Shown one piece after another: positions 9,666 to 13,760 of a stretch of DNA of 13,760 nucleotides (its first letter is position 1; each line of letters opens with the position of its first letter). This DNA comes from Myxococcota bacterium (lineage in GTDB: Bacteria; Myxococcota_A; SURF-8; G963663525), in assembly GCA_963676915.2 (NCBI GenBank), contig CAXXVK010000044.1, forward strand, positions 1-13,760, in the 5' to 3' direction. The notes under the pieces are model-generated. The model searched no databases, was not told the DNA's origin, and worked only from the letters and a program-made list of their open reading frames with translations. The translations under genes and the position numbers were made by a program.

Positions 9666-9872
9666 ATGAAACGAATATTTCTGATTGCAATCACCATTTT
9701 GATTCTCTACTTCATGAAGAGCATGCTCTACTACTTCTTCGTGTTCGACTGGCAACTCTTCCAGAAACCATTCAGCGCGGGAAACCTCCTGATCGATTTC
9801 GTATCGTGGCTGGCGCAGTTCATCATCGGATACCTCCTGATCCGTCATTTCTGGACGAAATATCGCAATTAA
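9666..9872 (+). CDS. Small hypothetical membrane protein (two predicted TM helices)
   Basis: 68 aa with an AAAGGA RBS upstream. Hydrophobic stretches IFLIAITILILYFM..LYYFFVF and LLIDFVSWLAQFIIGYLLI. No recognisable family. Confidence 0.6.
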   Translation: MKRIFLIAITILILYFMKSMLYYFFVFDWQLFQKPFSAGNLLIDFVSWLAQFIIGYLLIRHFWTKYRN

Positions 9873-10096
9873 ACCAGTCGCTAATTCTTTCAACGGAATA
9901 GTTTGACAAGAAAACGCGTCTCTGAAAAATTGCAAACTTGCGCCATTTCCGTTTCCGGCAACATTTTCCGGAACAGATTTGGATGTGGAATTGACTGTTA
10001 CGCTTCGTGTTCCGCGTGAAGAGCGTTCACCGGAACGATTCAAGCAGATTCAAAATATTCATTGATAATAAATAGAAAGGAAACAACGAGGCACTT

Positions 10097-12154
10097 ATGA
10101 AAAACTACGATATGAAAAACATTCGTAACATCCTGTTCGTGGGCAGCAGCGGCTCCGGTAAAACCACGCTGATCGAGCACATGCTCTACAACGCAAAGGC
10201 TACATCGCGCATTGGAAAAGTCGATGACGGCAACACCGTGATGGACTTTGATGCGGAGGAAATCGAGAAGAAGATGTCGATTACGCTTTCCATGGGACAC
10301 CTGGACTGGAAGAGCAACCGCATCAATATGATCGACGCACCGTCCTACCCGGACTTCTACGGTGAGCAAATCGCCGGATTCACGGCTGTCGAGACCGCAC
10401 TGCTGGTCGTGAACGGCGCCGGAACTTTTGACGTCAGTATCGAGCTCCCGCTCGAGCTGATGATTAAAAACAACAACATCGCCAAGGCGATTATCGTAAA
10501 CCGCCTGGACAACGAACACGCCGACTACCAGAAGGCGATCGACATGATCCAGGAGAACTCGGATATCATCCCCGCACCGCTGGTAATCCCCATCGGTAAA
10601 GAAAACACGCTCACCGGCGTGGTCGATATCGTCAAAGGCAAAGCTTTCATCGACGGCAAGGCGACCGACATCCCCGCAGACATGGCGGACATGGTCGAAG
10701 AAGCACGCATGAAGCTCATGGAAGCGGTTGCAGAAACAGACGACGCACTGCTCGAAAAATACTTTGAAGAAGGCGAACTGACCGACGAAGAACTCGTCAC
10801 CGGTGTCAAGAAAGGTATCAAGAGCGGTCTGGTGATTCCAGTGTTTGCTTGCTCTGCCATGAAAAACGTCGGTATCGATACCCTGATGGGACGCAATCGT
10901 CGATTACCTTCCTTCTCCCGCGGATCATCCGGAAGTACCGGCTGATTTCGACGGCAAGATCCAGAAAATCAAAGCTTCCGAAGACGGCGACCTCTACGCA
11001 TACATTTTCAAATCATTCGCCGACCCGAACATCGGCGACATCGCGTACGTCCGCGTATTCTCCGGCACGCTCAAGAGCGGAATGGACGTCCTTATCCCCG
11101 AGAAAGACGGCAAGGACAAGATCGGCGGCATCTCCTACGTACAGGGTAAAAACCGCTCCGACACCACCGAGCTTCGCGCAGGCGAGATCGGCGGTCTGGT
11201 CAAGCTCAAACTCGCACGCGGTATGAACTCTATCGTTCCGACCAATGCGAAGTACCGCTTCCCGTCACCGAAGCTTCCTTCTCCGATCTACTGGCAGACC
11301 ATCAAGGCAGCCAACCAGAGCGACGAAGACAAGATCGGCGCAGCACTGACAGCGTCTTCTGGACGAAGATCCTACCGTCAACCTCACGCTCAACACCGAG
11401 ACGCACGAGCAGATCATCTCGGGCGCCGGCGAGCAACAGGTGAACCTTATCGTGAAAAACCTCATGAAGCGTTTCAAAGTGGAAGCGGTTCTCGATACAC
11501 CTCGTATCCCCTACCGCGAAACCATCACCGGCAAGGCCGACGAACGCTATCGTCATAAAAAACAATCCGGTGGACGCGGACAGTACGGTGAAGTTTACTT
11601 CCGCCTCAAACCGTCCGAGCGCGGTCAGAACTTCGAATTTGTCGATTCAATCGTCGGCGGCCGTATCCCCGGTAAATTCATTCCCGCGATCGAAAAAGGT
11701 GTCGTGGAGACCATGGAAAAAGGCGTTATCGCCGGCTACAAGGTCGTCGATATCAGCGTGGAAGTCTATGACGGATCCTACCATGATGTCGATTCCTCCG
11801 AAATGGCGTTCAAGATCGCTTCTTCGCAGTGCCTGAAGGCCTGTTTCGCAAAGGCGAACCCGATCCTTCTCGAGCCGATCCACGACGTGAAGATCGTGAT
11901 CCCGAACGAGTACATGGGCGACGTAATGGGCGATATCTCGACCCGCCGCGGCAAGATCCTCGGTATGGAGCAATCCGGTAAGAAGCAGATCCTCAACGCG
12001 CAGCTTCCGCTGGCAGAGCTGTTCAGCTACTACCCCGCACTCAAGTCTCTGACGCAGGGTCGCGGACGATTTCGAGCAGGAGTTCTCGCACTACGAACGC
12101 GTACCGTACGATATCGCAGAGAAGGTTATCGCTGAATACAAAGAACAGGAATAA
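10097..12154 (+). CDS. fusA: Elongation factor G paralog (EF-G2 / FusA-like); three +1 frameshifts
   Basis: [89 protein letters not shown] and SLTQGRG are EF-G signatures. Removing extra bases at ~10889 (GGG), ~11349-11352 and ~12070-12072 (TTT) gives about 684 aa ending [27 protein letters not shown] (TAA 12152-12154). The gene is not in an rpsL-rpsG-tuf context. Confidence 0.92.
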
Positions 12155-12171
12155 TCCCCAACGGAGGCACC

Positions 12172-12922
12172 ATGTCCGGACACAATAAATGGAGCTCGAT
12201 CAAGCATAAAAAGGGAGCAGCAGACGCCAAACGCGGCAAGCTGTTCACCCGTCTTGCAAAAGAGATTATCGTCGCCGCCCGTAATGGCGGTGGTGACCTC
12301 GATAGCAATCCACGGCTCAGAACCGCCGTCGGCAACGCCCGTAACGCCAACATGCCCAAAGACAACATCGAGAAGGCAATCAAGCGCGGTACCGGTGAGA
12401 TCGAAGGCGTCAGCTACGATGAATTCCTGTACGAAGGCTACGGCCCGAACGGCGTTGCCATGCTCGTCGAAGTGATGACCGACAACAAGAACCGTACCGT
12501 CGCGGAAGACCGTCATATCTTCACCAAGTACGGCGGAAACCTCGCCGAAACCGGCGCAGTCTCCTGGAACTTTCGACCAGAAGGGTTCGATCCTGATACC
12601 ACGGGAAGGGCTCGACGAGGACGAATTCATGATGCAGGCACTGGAAGCAGGCGCGGAAGATGTACTGCTCGACGACGATGAGTTCTTCGAAGTGATCACC
12701 TCGCTGAACGACTTCCACACTGTCAGTACCGCTCTCGAAGGTGACTTCACGATCGAGAAGGCGGAACTTACCCGCATTCCCAAAAACACAATCAACGCGG
12801 ACGACTTCGCGGAACGCGTCTTCAAGATTATCGAGAAGATGGAAGAGCTGGACGACGTTCAGCAAGTCTATACGAACTCCGAAGTCTCCGATGAAGTAAT
12901 GGAGAGGATCGCACAACAGTGA
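12172..12922 (+). CDS. yebC: YebC/PmpR (TACO1) family protein; one +1 frameshift
   Basis: [64 protein letters not shown] and the C-terminal [10 protein letters not shown]. An extra T at 12571-12573 joins the two ORFs (WNFDQKGSI...), giving about 249 aa. GGAGG RBS. Confidence 0.95.
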
Positions 12923-13407
12923 TCGTCCTCGGTATTGATCCCGGCAGCCGTGTCTTCGGATACGGCTTGCTGGAGATCGAAGGCAGGAGAATCCTCGCTG
13001 CCGGAAGCGGCTCGGTTCGAATCGATACCAGCCGTAGCCTACCCGAAAGGCTACTCTCCATCCACGAATCCCTCAAAGATATCCTCGAAGAATACAAGCC
13101 CGATCACGCGGCGGTCGAAACCATCTTCTACGGCAAGAATCCCAAGAGCGCTTTCACCCTCGGGCACGCTCGCGGAGCCATCCTGATGACCATCGCGCAA
13201 CACGGCATTCCCGTATTCGAATATTCACCGCGCGAAGTGAAAAGCTCGGTGGTGGGCAATGGCAACGCGACCAAGCAGCAGGTGCGATTTATGATCACCC
13301 AGATGCTGCCGCAGATGACGCCGCCCTCCTGCGAAGATGCCGCCGACGGACTGGCGATCGCGCTTTGTCATTACAATCGATTGAAATCCGGACTCATACA
13401 ACGCTGA
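12919..13407 (+). CDS. ruvC: Crossover junction endodeoxyribonuclease RuvC
   Basis: VLGIDPG, AVETIF, LGHARG, EYSPREVKSSVVGNGNATKQQV and DAADGLAIALCH motifs. The GTG start overlaps the yebC stop (GTGA). Confidence 0.97.
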   Translation: MIVLGIDPGSRVFGYGLLEIEGRRILAAGSGSVRIDTSRSLPERLLSIHESLKDILEEYKPDHAAVETIFYGKNPKSAFTLGHARGAILMTIAQHGIPVFEYSPREVKSSVVGNGNATKQQVRFMITQMLPQMTPPSCEDAADGLAIALCHYNRLKSGLIQR

Positions 13408-13425
13408 CAACCGTTGAGGTAGATT

Positions 13426-13760
13426 ATGTTCGCATACCTGAGAGGCACACTGACCGTAAAGGAATTCTCCAATGTCGTCGTGGAATGCGGCGGCGTGGGA
13501 TACGAGATCAATATTCCCTTGAGCACCTACGAAAAGCTTCCCAAGAAGGGCGATATCGCACTGCTGCTGATCCATTTCTCCATGTCCGAGGACGGCATCC
13601 GGCTCTACGGATTCGCCACCGACGAGGAACGCGACCTCTTCCGCCTCCTGATGAGCGTCTCTAAAATCGGGCCCAAGATCGCGCTGGCAGCGCTTTCCGG
13701 GCTTTCGGTACGGAATTGGGTCGAGGCGATCGAAGCCGGTGACGTGCGCATGATCTCGAC
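13426..13760 (+). CDS. ruvA: Holliday junction branch migration protein RuvA, 3' truncated
   Basis: Not in the ORF track because it has no stop in the window. Manual translation from ATG 13426 gives MFAYLRGTL...VVVECGGVGYEINIP...LYGFATDEERDLFRLLMSVSKIGPKIALAALS. GAGG RBS; follows ruvC. Confidence 0.95.
   Translation, partial: MFAYLRGTLTVKEFSNVVVECGGVGYEINIPLSTYEKLPKKGDIALLLIHFSMSEDGIRLYGFATDEERDLFRLLMSVSKIGPKIALAALSGLSVRNWVEAIEAGDVRMIS

Noticed and set aside
10097-12922. fusA and yebC as true pseudogenes
   Set aside because: The only lesions are single-base indels, mostly in short homopolymers, and the reconstructed proteins are full length. Sequencing error is more parsimonious.

Overview
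Bacterial chromosomal window with every supported gene on the + strand. The secreted-protein style suggests an FCB-group anaerobe such as Cloacimonadota, which is inference only. In order: a nitrosative-stress-type module (5'-truncated 4Fe-4S protein, hcp, cupin); a ~1,600-aa secreted protein with four GLUG-type beta-helix modules; a secreted acidic protein with a FlgD/T9SS-like C-terminal domain; a 68-aa membrane ORF; then a divergent EF-G paralog (EF-G2-like), yebC, ruvC and a 3'-truncated ruvA. Eight single-base frameshifts, all downstream of ~7690, split four genes and are most likely long-read errors. The main unexplained structure is a composite palindromic element built from CTTCYGAATGT units, present twice (2411-2516, 9484-9628). 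Each copy sits just after a stop codon and just before a small ORF. Also notable: altered GTPase motifs in the EF-G paralog, a 330-residue Lys/Arg-free secreted domain, and GC mosaicism inside the GLUG gene.
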